A stretch of 64,000 nucleotides of DNA from Eledone cirrhosa (GCA_964016885.1 OZ024743.1:239072001-239136000); one strand, 5' to 3'. Shown: positions 1-14,090, counted from the stretch's first letter. The notes: a model not told the origin generated them from the letters alone. Made by a program: numbers and translations.

Positions 1-1688
1 TTAAGGTGTCTTTCCTGTTTGTTTTCATTGTGGTGTTTAATAGAAATATGCTGTACCAGTATATTACTATCAAACATTTTCGTATTTCTATATATTTTGC
101 ATTTTTGCTTTTGTGAGTTTTCACGTTTATATTTATGGAAATGTTAAAATATTATTTATAAATGTTCGGGAGATGTAGAAATGAAAATTATATATTACAT
201 TTTTTATATGTTTAATTGTTCATTTTGAATATTCCTGGTCCGTATGCGTAGATATAATACCAACACTGTCCATATTGACCGAATCATTGTTTATCTAGAA
301 CATACAAGTAATATGCTGGATTGTATTTAATAGACTTTCTTCTAGTACTCACCGAATCTATTATTGTTATGTAAGTTTCAGGGTAGTATACACATAATCC
401 ATTTTAATACCAAATATATATTATACTATATTTCTTAAGTTGCCGTTGATATATAGGTTTATGGCCTACACCTCACAACCATGTATTCTGGCGTCACATA
501 AAAATGCCGAATTTAATGTGTCTACCCGTTACGATTCCCATAACACATATCTAAATTAGCTTTTCGCGGGATTGCTGAGCAGGATTGTTGAGCATATTTA
601 TAAAACGGGTTATTTTGAAGATAAGTGTTACCGGCTACAGACACTACCAACGAATGTCTGGTGAACGAAAGGGACCGTTGATCTATCACCTCATCAGTCT
701 GAACTCTCACAACAATGAAGAAAAAGCGATAAACATATTGGATGAAAGAAAATAGCAGGAATATTTTTTAATGACAATATAGTGTAATCAATGACGTAGG
801 AACGAATGCAAGAAGCTGGTGAAAAGAAAAAAGAAAGAAAGGAAATCATATTATAAATTACTTGCGCAAAAGTGATCACAATATGAAAGAAATATGTAAC
901 ATATTAGCAGTGATGGTCAAATATTCAGACGAATATATTCAAGATAATAAACAGGGATACCGGAACTATGTATGACAGAAGTATGAAGAACATTCTCTGG
1001 GCATTCTGATCATAGTATGGAAGAAACGATTTATCAAAGAAACCTGGCCAAATTTAAAAGAATAAAATAAGATGTACAATATTAAGTAAAACAAAACTAG
1101 CGATAGATGACGTAAATCAGCAGAGGACCTTGGTCAAAGTATGACAAGAGATCTAAAAAGAAATGTTTGAAAATATCGTATAAATGAGAATAGCAAAAGA
1201 GTTTGTTCATAGTAAAACGGAAAAAAAATGAGTAAAATTAACGTAAGAAGCTAGTCAAAGGATGTTAAGACAGCAATTCCAAACAGATTTATCATTTAGC
1301 CGATGAATTATTAACAACTTTTGGCTGAAAGCAATTACGAAGAAGACTCACTTAACAAAGACCCAGTTCATTGTTTTTAAACCCCTCTACCCTTTCCTAC
1401 CTCACATCTCAAACTAATTTACCCTCTCATTTGCTTTCTAATTCTCTCATTCACACTCATTCTTTTATTCTGATTGTCTCCTAGTTTAACTTTTATATTC
1501 CCTAACTTTAATTTCTTCTTTTTCAGTTATTCTCTCCTTAAATGTCTCTATTTCTTTCTCTTTGCCATTCTGTCTCTTTCTATCCCTCTCTCACTAACAG
1601 ACACATACAAAAATACATATAACCGAAATCACATACACATTTACTCACACACTTCCTGTTACAGCATTTTTTATAGATCGTTCATTTT

Positions 1689-1799
<111 letters not shown>

Positions 1800-2314
1800 A
1801 TTTCCTCCATGCTTCGCCTCTGGAATCATTCCTCACTGATTCGTAGCTTTACGATTTTCACAACACAACAAAATCAAACATTTTGCTTGTTTTTCAAGAG
1901 AAACAAAGGAAAAACGAAACGTTCATGATCATCGTCAATAAATTCTAATAAAACAATAACGACATAGAAAACTTTTTCTATGATCGCCACTAGAGCGACG
2001 GGAGAGGATACATCAGGACGAAACCTTACAAAAAGTGTGGAAGCTTACAGTGAATTTGAACTAAATGAAAAATTACATCAAAAATATATTATTACATATT
2101 TTTGATGAAGAGCGCCACTTATTGTCAAACAATTATCTAAAGGATACTGGAATACACTGACTAACAAACGACTGTATACTCTCAACTGTATTTCTCGGTC
2201 TACATGCAAATGTTGAGAGCTAGTCCATTGACTGCAGCCATGTTTACCACTTTCCATCTTTTAACAAATTTTCTGGAGATCAGAACCCTCATTCCCCCCC
2301 CCCCTTCGATGGAC

Positions 2315-2775
2315 TATAACTCAACACACAACCCAAGAAATGCGGAAGCTTACAACATTATTCACAAGAACATCCCACTATTAAAACAAGACCCAAGAAT
2401 AAAAAAAGCCCATGAAACACACAAAATAATCAAAAGCAAAAGACAACCGTAATCACGAAAAACATTACTCACCAATGCCAAATTACCTACCACAAACCCA
2501 CAACCAACTGTCAAAAGATGTGGTCGCTCTAATTGTGGAACCTGCACTCACCTCATTGAAGGCAACATGTATACATTTCAATCAGGACAAAATTTTGTTG
2601 TAAAAAATCACTTCACTTGCTCATCAAAAAATTTATTTTATGCCATTAAATGTAAAGGAGGCAATGAAGATTATATAGGACAAACTAAACTCACACTCAG
2701 GAACAGAATGACAGTTCATCGCCAACAATTACGAGACCCTACCACAAGACAGATACCACTCAGTGCACATCTTAT
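2315..2775 (+). pseudogene. Penelope-like element fragment: linker, Zn motif and GIY-YIG endonuclease
   Basis: Translation reads THNPRN...LLKQDPR...KRQP*...KRCGRSNCGTC...FTCSSKNLFYAIKC...DYIGQTKLTLRNRMTVHRQQ, with an in-frame stop at 2450-2452. Confidence 0.88.
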
Positions 2776-2789
2776 ACCATGTTACGTTT

Positions 2790-3535
2790 CTTTTATGGTT
2801 TCTAATTAGTTTCCTATTATTATATTGGGTATGTATAGAAGTCTGAGGGTAGATTTTGTTATCAGATGATACTATAATATTGTGATTGTTATTAGGGGTG
2901 TGAACTAATTGTTTAGTAGATTTTTGAATTGTATTAGCTTTTGATTTATTGCTTTTTGTTTGATTTATAGATGATATTGTGAGTTTTATTAATGGATCCT
3001 TATTGATAGGACCTGGAATTTTGGTATTATTCTTGTTATTTACAGTAGTTCGGATATGTTTCTCTGGTTTATTGGATTTTAAAGATGTAGTTGATGGTTC
3101 AATGAAATAGGTAATATATCATTAGGTTTATTGTGAGAATTAAGATATAAGATGTTATTATTAACTACTTTTTTCATATGATTTGTAGTAATATCATTAG
3201 GTAAGTTATAGAAGTATTCAGAAGCGTTAGGATTGATGATTTTTAGAGAGTTTGTGTCATTCGTGTTAATGCGGGTATTAGGAGTAACGGTAGGATCTAG
3301 GGTTTTCGGTGCTTCATTGCTGGCATTAACTTTTTGGTGTTTCTTATGGTGTTTGTTGTTTATGCTTCGTTGTATGTTGGAGGTATTTATGGTGTTAAGT
3401 ATGTAAAATATTTTATCCTTGTAGCCATTTTTAGTTAAAGCCTCATTATAATAGGGTGCATTTTTATAGAATATTTCTTCATTAGATGATAATTCAGATA
3501 AACTGAGTGAGATATTGTACACTAGATTTTTTAGT
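2790..3535 (-). pseudogene. Penelope-like (Neptune-type) fragment, RT thumb/linker
   Basis: NISLSLSELSSNEEIFYKNAPYYNEALTKNGY matches the PLE motif ISxRLSxLSSNEEIFxxAxPxYxxAL. Confidence 0.75.
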
Positions 3536-3689
3536 ATATATATATATATTTAAAAGTTAAGCAAGGTTCAATGAATACATCAAAGAATGAGTTTTACAAT
3601 AGATTGGAAGCAAACAACCGAAAAGGTTTTCCAGAGTTACTAATATTAATTCAAAATATTAACAAAATAGATATTCTTGTGATCAATTA

Positions 3690-3750
3690 TATTTTATTAT
3701 ACATATTTCAGAGGTACTGAATTAACAGTACGTCCTCATCAGATAAAATA
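3690..3750 (-). ncRNA. Type I hammerhead ribozyme, intact core
   Basis: Reverse complement: tattttat CTGATGA ggacgtactg-ttaatt-cagtacctct GAAA tatgta TA ataaaata; 8-bp stem I. Confidence 0.85.
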
Positions 3751-3861
3751 GGATGATGCATGACATACCCTGACATAGTAGATGGTTAAGATTCAGTCAT
3801 GGTAGTCTACCATGACTGAATCTTAACCATCTACTATGTCAGGGTATGTCATGCATCATCT

Positions 3862-3928
3862 TATTTTATCTGATGAGGACGTACTGTTGAACTTAACTCA
3901 GTACCTCTAAAATATGTATAATAAAATA
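3862..3928 (+). ncRNA. Hammerhead ribozyme copy with GAAA>AAAA (G12A)
   Basis: tattttat CTGATGA ggacgtactg...cagtacctct AAAA tatgta TA ataaaata. Confidence 0.65.
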
Positions 3929-4106
3929 TCACAAGAATATCTATTTTGTTAATATTTTGAATTAATATTATATATATATATATATATATATTAATAAGAG
4001 GAATTCCATCTTTGTCTGATTTACTCGTTTTATTTACAATCCTTTAAAATATATAATGGTATTATAATGAAATAGTATGATAGAATATTAAATTCTAAGT
4101 GTTAAT

Positions 4107-4145
4107 TGAACAAGTACTTTCATGCTTTCGCAATCTTCAGGTTCA
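4107..4145 (-). ncRNA. Minimal type I hammerhead ribozyme (mirror copy)
   Basis: Reverse complement of 4216-4254. Confidence 0.78.
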
Positions 4146-4215
4146 TAATATGTGGTGACAGTCGAGTTTGCAATTTTCAACTGAAAATTGCAAACTCGAC
4201 TGTCACCACATATTA

Positions 4216-4254
4216 TGAACCTGAAGATTGCGAAAGCATGAAAGTACTTGTTCA
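4216..4254 (+). ncRNA. Minimal type I hammerhead ribozyme
   Basis: tgaac CTGAAGA tTGC-gaaa-GCAt GAAA gtac TT gttca; palindromic stem III AAGTACTT. Confidence 0.8.
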
Positions 4255-4422
4255 ATTAACACTTAGAATTTAATATTCTATCATACTATTTCATTATAAT
4301 ACCATTATATATTTTAAAGGATTGTAAATAAAACGAGTAAATCAGACAAAGTTGGAATTCCTCTTATTAATATAATCTTCTATACACAATCAAACACACC
4401 CGTGTATATTTACCTATCTATA

Positions 4423-4460
<38 letters not shown>

Positions 4461-4725
4461 AAATGTATACTACATAGAACACACATGCACAAACAATGTA
4501 CAGATACATATTCGTATGTGTGAACGTGTTTATTTATGTATATGAGTATAATATAAATAGTAATAGACATGCATATATATACATACACATATACATACAC
4601 ATATACATATATATATATATATATGCATATATATATATATATATACATATATATATACATGTGTGTGTATATATACATATATGTATATGTATACATATAT
4701 ATACATATATATATATGTATGTATG

Positions 4726-4793
<68 letters not shown>

Positions 4794-6647
4794 AGTGTGT
4801 GCGTGAGTGAGTGAGTGTGTATGTATGCGTGTGCGCGTGTGTGTATGTGTGTGAGTGTGTGTGAGTGTATGTATCTGTGTGTACGTATAAACAGAACAAA
4901 CGTTCTTGCCCATGCTAAAATGTATTTATAATTGAATAGCTCTAAATGTACCAATATTGTCCTTAATGTTGCCATATAGTAGACCTGTAATATAAATCTA
5001 TTGGATTTTTCTTGGAAAGTTATATTTCACACAGGAAAGACATTTTTCCTCCAACACTTATTGTATCCCGGTATGTCATGCAGTTTTCTACTAATCCGCG
5101 TTAAATACAAATTGTATATTTTATAACTTGTGTCAATGTCATATACCTCGTAATACTGGGTGGAATCGTAGGGCCACCGTAGTGATATGCAGTGTTTCTT
5201 GGGCATTTGAAACCTGACGCAACCCATTCACCTCCTGGTCGGAACACATAGAAGAAATGTGTGTGGTAAAGAAGGGAGGAAGAGATATTGGGGAAGAATC
5301 AACACTGGTATAGTATTTTATAGACATTGTAATCATGAAATACAAATTTGACTAGATTTGAACTCGGAACTCAGAGACGGTATGAAGACTCACAAAGTAT
5401 TCTACCGGATGCTCTAACAACAATTGGCCGCGTTATGTTATATGTGTATTAATAATAGTGATTTCTGACTTAGGTATAAGACGAGGGAGTCGAATAAATT
5501 GACCCCAGTGCATTACTGGTGTTTACTTATCGGACCCTCGGTGGGATTTGAACTCAAAACGCAAAGGGTCGCAACTCTATACCGCAGAGAATGTTGTCCG
5601 ATATTGCAATTCCACCGCTGACAGACGTATTGATAATAACAAAGTATTGATAATAACAAAGGTTTAAATATTGCCAAAAACTGAATTAATGTTGAATTTT
5701 TATTGAACATATTTCCTTTGAAATATTTTAATATTTAAAAGAATTAAAAAAATTAGTAGAACCCCGAGTGTCTAGAGATAAATCACCAATGGAAATATAA
5801 TCGTTTTAAAAACATGTGGCAGCCTACATAACTAAATATTCGAATAGGCTAGAAACAATATTGAAACAATAAAGACTAAGAGTTGGAATGAATCTTAGTT
5901 GTTTGATATTTGATCTCTAACCATGCTACAGTTAGGGATTCTAAAACCTTTACTGACAGCCCCTCAGTCTACTCAAAGATTTTGGTTTTTCCTGTCTGGC
6001 ATAAATAAAAAGACTTAGTGGCTTCCACATCTTGAGTACCCTACATAACATAGGTTATGAGAATATAGGTTTCATGCTGTTAGTACTGCTGCCCTAAAAG
6101 CGTTAATTTAGGCAACAAAATACGAGTGGGACCCCATATTCATAGTATTATTGATGGGAACACCTTTGATATAAAAAAAAGAAAAACTCAGATTTAAGTT
6201 CCAGAGAAACTAAAGAAATGTAATATTATAAAGAAATGTAAAAGAAAGACATAACGAGTACTGAAAGATTTGTAGGTATGGGCACAGAGTGCTTTAGTTG
6301 AGTTACAGAAGTTATTAATAAATATACAAAGAGGACAGACAGATGAATAATTAAAATAAATGAAAAGAGAGTAAATGAGTTGGGGGAAGCTAGAAAGCGT
6401 GAGAGAAAGAACAGATAAAGAATTAAGAATAATTAGCAGTAGCTCTAACATAGCGTGATTCATAATAAAGGTGTATATGTAGGCATATATGATATGTTTT
6501 TGTATAATAAACGTATATATGTCTACGATGAATCACACTGTTAGTGTTGCTGCTAATTAATCCCAAGAAGGACAAACACGCACTATATGCAGATATTTTA
6601 TACGCAAAACATATAAACTATAGCTTATCAATATCGCAGCAAAAAGT

Positions 6648-6703
6648 GAGAAAACATCACTGATGATAGACAAACGTCTTGAAACACTGACTCTGGCGTT
6701 CTC
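6648..6703 (+). ncRNA. Probable hammerhead ribozyme with decayed stems I and III
   Basis: catca CTGATGA tAGAC-aaac-GTCTt GAAA cactgac TC tggcg. Confidence 0.55.
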
Positions 6704-6771
6704 AAGCAGCTCTCATGTCATAGGTAGATGTGACATGATCACGGTTTATACTACTTATAGAGAGAATTATA

Positions 6772-6979
6772 CAGGGTGATGATAAAGTCTTTGAAACCAC
6801 AAAATACACTGCGCTTTTTGCTTTATAGATGCCATTTTGTTACTGAAAGTTATAACTATTTCCTGTAGAAGAGAAAATTAAAACATGTTCAGAAAAACTT
6901 TAAACTTTAAAAGTAAACTTTCAAATATTATCCGAGATGTGGTATTTTTTAGTTAGGGTAAAACGTTATGCTCGCCCCG
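6772..6979. mobile_element. Possible Tc1/mariner-derived MITE
   Basis: TA|CAGGGTGA ... TCGCCCCG|TA: imperfect short TIR with TA duplication. Confidence 0.4.
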
Positions 6980-7396
6980 TATATGTTGCTTATACAGAGA
7001 AATTTCGTACACCTCTACAAAGAAAGTGGGAGAAACAGGAAAGTTAAAGCTAAATGTGGCAATATCGAACAGTAAAAGATTTAATACATACATGTTTCGA
7101 ATCGAGAACCAGATGCGTATTAGCAAATCACTTTAAGCAATCGAACTAAACGTCCTATTGGTGTTGTTTTAATGCAATTTAATGAAATTCCAACGTATTG
7201 ATAGTAGTGCCTTATTTGATAACTTGATTGATGTACAACATTGATTAAATGAATCTATTTACTTTATATATATTCCTGTGTATGTATATATATATATATA
7301 TGTGTGTGTGTGTGGGGGGGTATATATATGTATATATATATATGATATATATATAAATATATATATTTTTGTATATATATATATATATGTATATAA

Positions 7397-7451
<55 letters not shown>

Positions 7452-7458
7452 TATATAT

Positions 7459-7865
7459 ATAGCAGTGAATGAGTGAAGAATAACATGGTCGGCTGTACAA
7501 AAAGGGTTTTATTTACAGTATTAACAATTGCTTCATTGATAAGTTGAGTATTCCGCTGATTTGATCAGAGACACACACTGTATTTAAGGTCGAGTGACGC
7601 AATTTCAAGTGATTAGCGGGTTTTAGACTCACCTGATTAATGAAACAATTGTTAATACTGTAAATAAAACCCTTTTTGTACAGCCGACCATGTTATTCTT
7701 CACTCTTTCACTACTATTACTCCAAGAATAACCTGCATGGGAATTCTCCCAAACTCGCTACCTAACTAAGGAAACCTCTTGTTGAGTTACACATTAAAAT
7801 TATCCATAGTACAGAGTACTCACAACCTCTAACTGGATTACCTAAAACGATAACTTGTTATCCCA
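7459..7865. mobile_element. Fold-back element with a decayed HHR remnant
   Basis: Arms 7459-7537 and 7639-7717; CTGATTA..GAAAcaattgTT at 7633-7653; one-sided tail to about 7865; TA flanks. Confidence 0.7.
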
Positions 7866-8278
7866 TATATATATATGTATATATATAACAACATTTTTTT
7901 GCTCTTAACGTGTTGGATACCTAAATATATTCGTAAGTGAATAATAATATTATAACAATATCATAACTCCACTCCACAGCCACCGGATAGCTGCTACACC
8001 AATGACCGACGCCTTCTAGGCAGCCAAGCAAATTGACTGGATATCGAGAGAAACCATCTTATCTTCATTCAAATGCTATATCAGTCAAAAAGCCAATGCA
8101 TTTGATATAAAAAATATATTTCCCTATCATCGAGAACAGCACCAACGAACAAAAAATTACAATGAGTATATTTCAGTTTAACGCTTTTCAAGCAATTGAA
8201 GAGCGTTAACGTTTCGGTTGCTTGCTTTTTATCGGAAAGAAAACTTCAGATGTGTTTGTTTGGGGGGCGGGGGGTGAC

Positions 8279-8346
<68 letters not shown>

Positions 8347-8397
8347 GTATGTCTGTCTTTTTATCTATTTATCTATCTATCTATCAATCTATCTATC
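8279..8397. repeat. (TATC)n microsatellite
   Basis: Direct reading. Confidence 0.9.
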
Positions 8398-8399
8398 CT

Positions 8400-11300
8400 C
8401 CATCCAACACTACCAAAATCACACACAAAAACACACCATCACCTCACAACATACCCCTCCCACACGCCTCTGATGACTATTCATCGTCAGACGAGGCTAC
8501 TTCTCCATCCCCAAGTGAAGATGAAGGAGAGCCTCGGAAATCAAAAAAAAACAAAAAAGAGACACCGCAAAGCCACAAAAACACCAATCACCAACACAAA
8601 CACACAACCACCAATACAAACAACAACACAAACACCACCACAATTACCCCCCTCACCCTACCAGCAAAACAAACACCAAAACCACCCCAAACACAAATGC
8701 CAACCATAAAAAGAAAACTACAAAATGAACTACAAACCAAAACAACACAACAATACACATACATTAACACAAACAACAAAAATCTGATGAAGGTCATCTC
8801 CCAAGACCCCAGAGTAGAAACTGAGGAGAAAACCTTTGTCAAGGCAGACTCACAACCACACATAAAACTGATAAGGGTTTCGATGGAAACCTACCAGAAA
8901 CTAAAGGAACAATTTTTGCAGGACGTCGGAAACCCCTGCCAAAAACACATAAACCGCGTCCTATTGAAAGGTTTCCCCACTCCACCCAACACTCCCAACA
9001 ACACCCAAATGGAGATTGAACAACGCAACCTCCATGAAACGAAAAGATAAGTGCATCTTTTAGTCCTTTTCGCCAACTCTTCTCCACCAAGATGGCTAAT
9101 TTACGAGTTGGAAGTGTGAATGTGCGTGGCCTATGGATGCCCTGGAAACTGCCAACTTTTAAACGACATTAGGTCATACGGTATGGATGTGATAGCCATC
9201 ACCGCCTCCAGGATCCACAACAAGCAGTAACTAACCCCCATCTTTAATGACTTTGAGATCTTCGCATCTCTCTGTCAGCTAGGAGGTGGAGGGGGAGTAT
9301 TTGTTATGTTTCGGAAAAACCTGGACCTCGAAATACAGCAAGTACACTTGGACCCGGAGAGTAGACTGGTAGTCCTAGATGTGAACAGTGTTGGAGGTGG
9401 AGCCTTCAGACTGCTGGCCGTTTATGCCCCAACTGGACAATCGCGGCCAGATTTCTTTAAGCGTCTAGAGTCTTTTCTGGTAACTTCTCGCTCCTTGCTT
9501 TTAGTGGGGGGCTGAAATAGTACCCTAGACGCACTTTGGGACTATGTAGGAACATGTCCCAGTAGAGGGAGGTGCAACAGCCTCAAACATTTAATCGGCT
9601 GATTACAACTGGCCGATAGGTATCGACTAGATTTCCCGACTGCACCATAGTGGACGTGGACAAATCGTAGCGGGACATCTAGATCGTATTTAGATAGGTT
9701 GTTCATTAGAGAGAGAGGAAAATGTTAAACTGTCCACAAATGTACATGGTTGCCTATTCAGACCACAAACTAGTCACCTGTATAATCAACCATGATAGAA
9801 CACATAGACAAGGACCCGGATACTGGAAGCTGAACATGTCGTTACCGACGCGTAAAGCCTGCAGTAGACGGATAAGTAGATTAGTTAAGCAACAGCTGAC
9901 GGGAGCCATCGTCAACAATAGATGGTGGTAATCTCTCAAGAGAACAATTAGAGTAGAGTCGGTAGCTTTTAGCAAAAAACAAGCCTTAGAGAAAAACAAA
10001 ACAGAAAGAGAACTAGTAACCAGGGTAGAGGAGGCACTTAGGAGTAGCAACGCAGCTAGAGTCTTAGCAACGAGAACGACACTAGACCAGTTCTTCGATG
10101 CGAAACACGAAGGCTGCGTGGTCAGGAGTAGATCACGTGCCCTAGGAAACGAGGGAGCAAAAGCTGTTAGCTGGGCTCGAGTGGCAGAGGCGAAAAGTGG
10201 TAACAAGTCCACGATTCGTTCTTTGAAAGACCAAAACGGACGCGGGCTACTGGACTCCAAGCTGATGTGCACAGCCTTTCAGCGGCACTTTGCACACTGT
10301 TCGAGCAGAGCGTTGGTTCACCGAACGAGGCAATGGACTTCGGTTCATACGTCGACGACCTGCCGCGTCTCTCGAGCATGGACGCCGAGTTCTGCGAAAG
10401 ACCGATCACAGCCACTGAGATACAGGACGCTCTGGGCTGCTGCAGGAAACGAAAATCACCCGGTCTAGATGGTCTACCCTATGAGTTTTACATATGCATG
10501 CCGGACTTGTTCTCTGGCGTCCTCGAAGCCGTCTACTGCAACTGGTAGCAGAACAGGAGAATTCCCAGTTCTACAGGCAGGGGCGTAGTAACGCTGATAA
10601 GGAAAGACGGGAACAAGGGGGACGAACTAAGCAACTTTAGGCTCATAACTCTCCGAAACACAGAGTTAAAGCTTTTGGCCAAGGTGTTAGCAACGAGGCT
10701 GGCACTTGTTGTCGAGAACCTGGTGGGAAAAGCTCAACGCGTGCAATTCCAACCAGGTCCATACACGACAATCTCCACCTCATGCGATACATCATAGAGA
10801 GGGTGGGGTGTAAACCCGGCTTCGGTGGGGCTCTGATCAATTTAGATCTGTCTAAGGCGTTCGATAGGGTCGACCATCAATACTTGGCAGCGGTTCACAA
10901 GGCGGCCGTTTTCGGACTCGTCTTCGGAGGCTGGATCAAAGCAATGCACACCAACATCTGCTCTACGGTCAAGATGAACGGCTACCTATCGGAGCCGTTC
11001 ACAATCACGCGTTCCGTTCGACAGGGATGCTCTCTCTCCTCCATTCTGTACGTATTGACTCTAGAGCCACTACTGCGGAAGTTGGAGCTTCTGCAGGACA
11101 TCCCGTTGGAACTGGGACCGCGGAAGGCAACGTTGGCTTATGCCAACGACGTTACAGTAATGGTGTCGAAAATCTCGGAAATGGGGGCTATTGGCAACTT
11201 ACTGCAGGAATACGAAAGGCTCACAGGAGCAAAATTGAACCCGGACAAGTCTGTCAGTTTGCAACTCGGAACCTGGAGAAGCAAACCGATGCCGCCCGAT

Positions 11301-12750
11301 AGCGTCTTCGGGCGCTGGGCGGAAGGACCGGTGAAATTAGTCGGGGTCTGGTTCGGTCCGGACTCCCAGGCGGAGAAAAACTGGAACGAGGTCACGGCCA
11401 AGTTATTTGCGCTCACCCAGAAGTGAGCAGAGTACAAACTATCCTTGAAAGGTCGAGCGGAGGTGGCGCACACTTTCATAGCGTCCATCATCTACTAGCG
11501 CTTGACCGTCGTGCTTTGTCCCCGCGAATACTTAACCAAGATGTAACGCATCTCTTCCAGTTCCTTTGGAAGAAGCAGGCTCCACTGGTGACGAGATCCG
11601 TCTGCTATCAGCACCCTTCCAATAGAGGGCTGGGAAGGCCGTGGCTGATGATGCACAAACACGCGCTGAGGCTACGGCATCTACAGGTATTCCTCACCGA
11701 CCAACCGGTGTGGGCCCCTTTTGTGAGACAGGCATCCCCGCAACTTGTCTCGCTGACGGAGCTGCAGTTCTGGGTCAAGCGAAGACCGAAGAAAATGGGC
11801 GCCTGGCACATTGAATGCGCTCAGGCGCTCACAGTCCTCATTCAAGCGGGCACAGCAATCAGTGGAGACTCCACTTCGACATTCTATAGAGGGTTAGTAC
11901 GTTACAAGAGCGACGACGTGCTTGGAGAGACTCTGGGCGTCGAAGACGACGAGCTTGCCAGTCTGTTTGGTAGGACTTTCCGCTCGGGACCTATGGACAA
12001 CTTCCAGAGGTCCCTGGCCTGGCAGTGCTACCGTGGAGCTCTACATGTTCGATCTAGAGGCACAGACGCCCCGGCACGTATCCTTCCAAGAGGACGTGTC
12101 CAAGATGTGAGCAGGACATTGAAACCGTCTTGCACACAATTGTACACTGCCCGGGCGTAACCGACCTGTGGAACACCGCAGAACAACTGCTATCGCGTAT
12201 GGGACAAATCCAGTTGACTGCCGAATCCATAGTAAGGATCAAAGCGCCAACTTCTTTCAAAAACGAAGGAGATGCGGTTTTCCTCTGTGTAGTGGCTATG
12301 GTAAAAGATATTATATGGTGGACGAGATTGAGAGGACAGATGCCTTTCTCTCCGGACAACAACTCATTCCCTTCTTTAGGTACCACTTTAGAAGGACAAT
12401 CAGAGTGGAAAGAGAGGCACTGCACCCCAGTAAATTTAGTGACAGGTAGGTGTATGTAGCAAAAATGGCCCGAGTGATTGGGCCTTCTCTGTATATAAAC
12501 CTGTAGGTTGTGGATGAGAGCAAAAGGAAGAAAGGAACACTTGCACAACACGCTCCTGGAGATGAGGTTTGTTCTATCTACGCGGTATTAAACAACCCAT
12601 TTGTAACGCCTCCCCCCTATTGGGGATTTCGATTGTTAAATTTACTTGTGTTAATAATATCTTTACACCATTGTATGTAAAATCCCCGGCATGTGTCTTT
12701 GTATTGTCCCCTTTTCTTGTGCGCCCTTGTGGCAAATAAAGAAATATATC
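8400..12750 (+). mobile_element. Decayed L1/Tx1-clade LINE (ORF1 remnant, APE-RT ORF2, 3' UTR)
   Basis: ORF2 starts MANLRVGSVNVRGL at 9092. It has APE motifs (LLAVYAP, SYLDRLF, SDHKLV, GYWKLN) and RT motifs (KSPGLDGLPYEFY, LDLSKAFDRVDH, VRQGCSLS, YANDV). It ends in ...gcaaataaagaaata. Confidence 0.92.
9092..12520 (+). pseudogene. LINE ORF2 (endonuclease-reverse transcriptase), disrupted
   Basis: Multiple stops and frameshifts split it across the ORF track; catalytic YADD reads YAND. Confidence 0.88.
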
Positions 12751-12756
12751 TATATA

Positions 12757-12822
<66 letters not shown>

Positions 12823-13250
12823 ATGTCTGCATGTGTGAAAAGTTACTGTTTATAGTTATTAACATTTAGCATGTCAGAAAATGTAAACAAATTCAAAATA
12901 CAGTCGGGAACACATTAACATTTTATGGAAGTCTAAATACGCAATTAAAAATTTATTGGAAAACAATATATAACGTTTCGTAACTAAAGATATTATACTA
13001 AATGATTACACACTAATACATATACACTACTCACCAAATTAATGTTATAGGTATACATCTAGAGCATATAGGTTTAATACTACTTAATAATTGATATTAC
13101 AAAAATTATAAAAGAATATATTTGGAAAAACAATACAAACATTACGGGAACTTAAATCAGTAATAAATATATCAATAACTATAGTTAGTAAAAACCTTAT
13201 AAGTTAAACTATATTAATAGAGGTGATTATATACATACATACATGCATAC

Positions 13251-13345
<95 letters not shown>

Positions 13346-14035
13346 ACTCTCCCGTCGATATCCGACGTATGAATGTCCAACAAAAGTTAAATGTGAAAAA
13401 GTGAACTGATGTTGAACTATCCACACAAAATTTTGTTTTATGTGGTGAAGGCTTGTGTAGGACCAACCACGCTTTTTGGAACTGACAACCCATATCTTCG
13501 GTGCAAATGTGTGCCACAGAAAATACGACGACAGCCCTCAACTTTTTATACCTCTCCGTATAAAAAACAAACAAACAAAAACACTATTTGGATAGCCGTT
13601 GACTCTGCTGAGTTCCTCCGTCCTTTGCCGGGGTCTTGTATTTTATCCCGCAAGGTGTCTAAATATCACCCTCCTCACCAAGCAAACGTGGTGGGGTTGC
13701 CAGTTTAGTGGCCGACGACTCGACCATGAGACAGGTTGTACTGGGTTACATGTTACCAGTAGCACTCGAGAGCGACCTGACATAAATATAAATGAACAAA
13801 TTGTATAATTTAAATATATTTTTAACCCGAAAGAGAAAGAGGATGACCACTACTGAAACATTCTCTTATAAGTCTGCTTAATCAAGATTAAGCTGGGACG
13901 AAATATGAGCAACGGGGATAGCAACAACAAGCTAATCTTTATCAATAGCCCCTCACCCACCCAAATAAATAAATAAATAAATAAGGGCTAAATACCTCAA
14001 TGGAGGAGGAGAGTAAATTTTTAGAGAACTCAGGT

Positions 14036-14086
<51 letters not shown>

Positions 14087-14090
<4 letters not shown>

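Larger units (their letters stand above)
3550..3970. mobile_element. Fold-back PLE pseudo-LTR mini-element with a hammerhead in each arm
   Basis: Arms 3641-3805 and 3807-3970 form a near-perfect palindrome centred at 3806; unpaired tail 3550-3640; TA runs on both sides. Confidence 0.88.
3989..4420. mobile_element. Fold-back mini-element with a hammerhead in both arms
   Basis: Arms about 3989-4179 and 4182-4374 are almost perfectly complementary; AATAAA near 4327; about 45-nt tail then (TA)n. Confidence 0.9.

Noticed and set aside
655-700. Minus-strand CTGATGA GGTGA...TCACC resembling a hammerhead
   Set aside because: No GAAA follows the stem and no stem I is present.
1295-1340. CCGATGA...GAAA motif
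   Set aside because: No convincing stem II or stem I.
4424-4975. YIYI, HTHT and SLSL ORFs here and throughout the window
   Set aside because: Translations of stop-free microsatellites, not genes.
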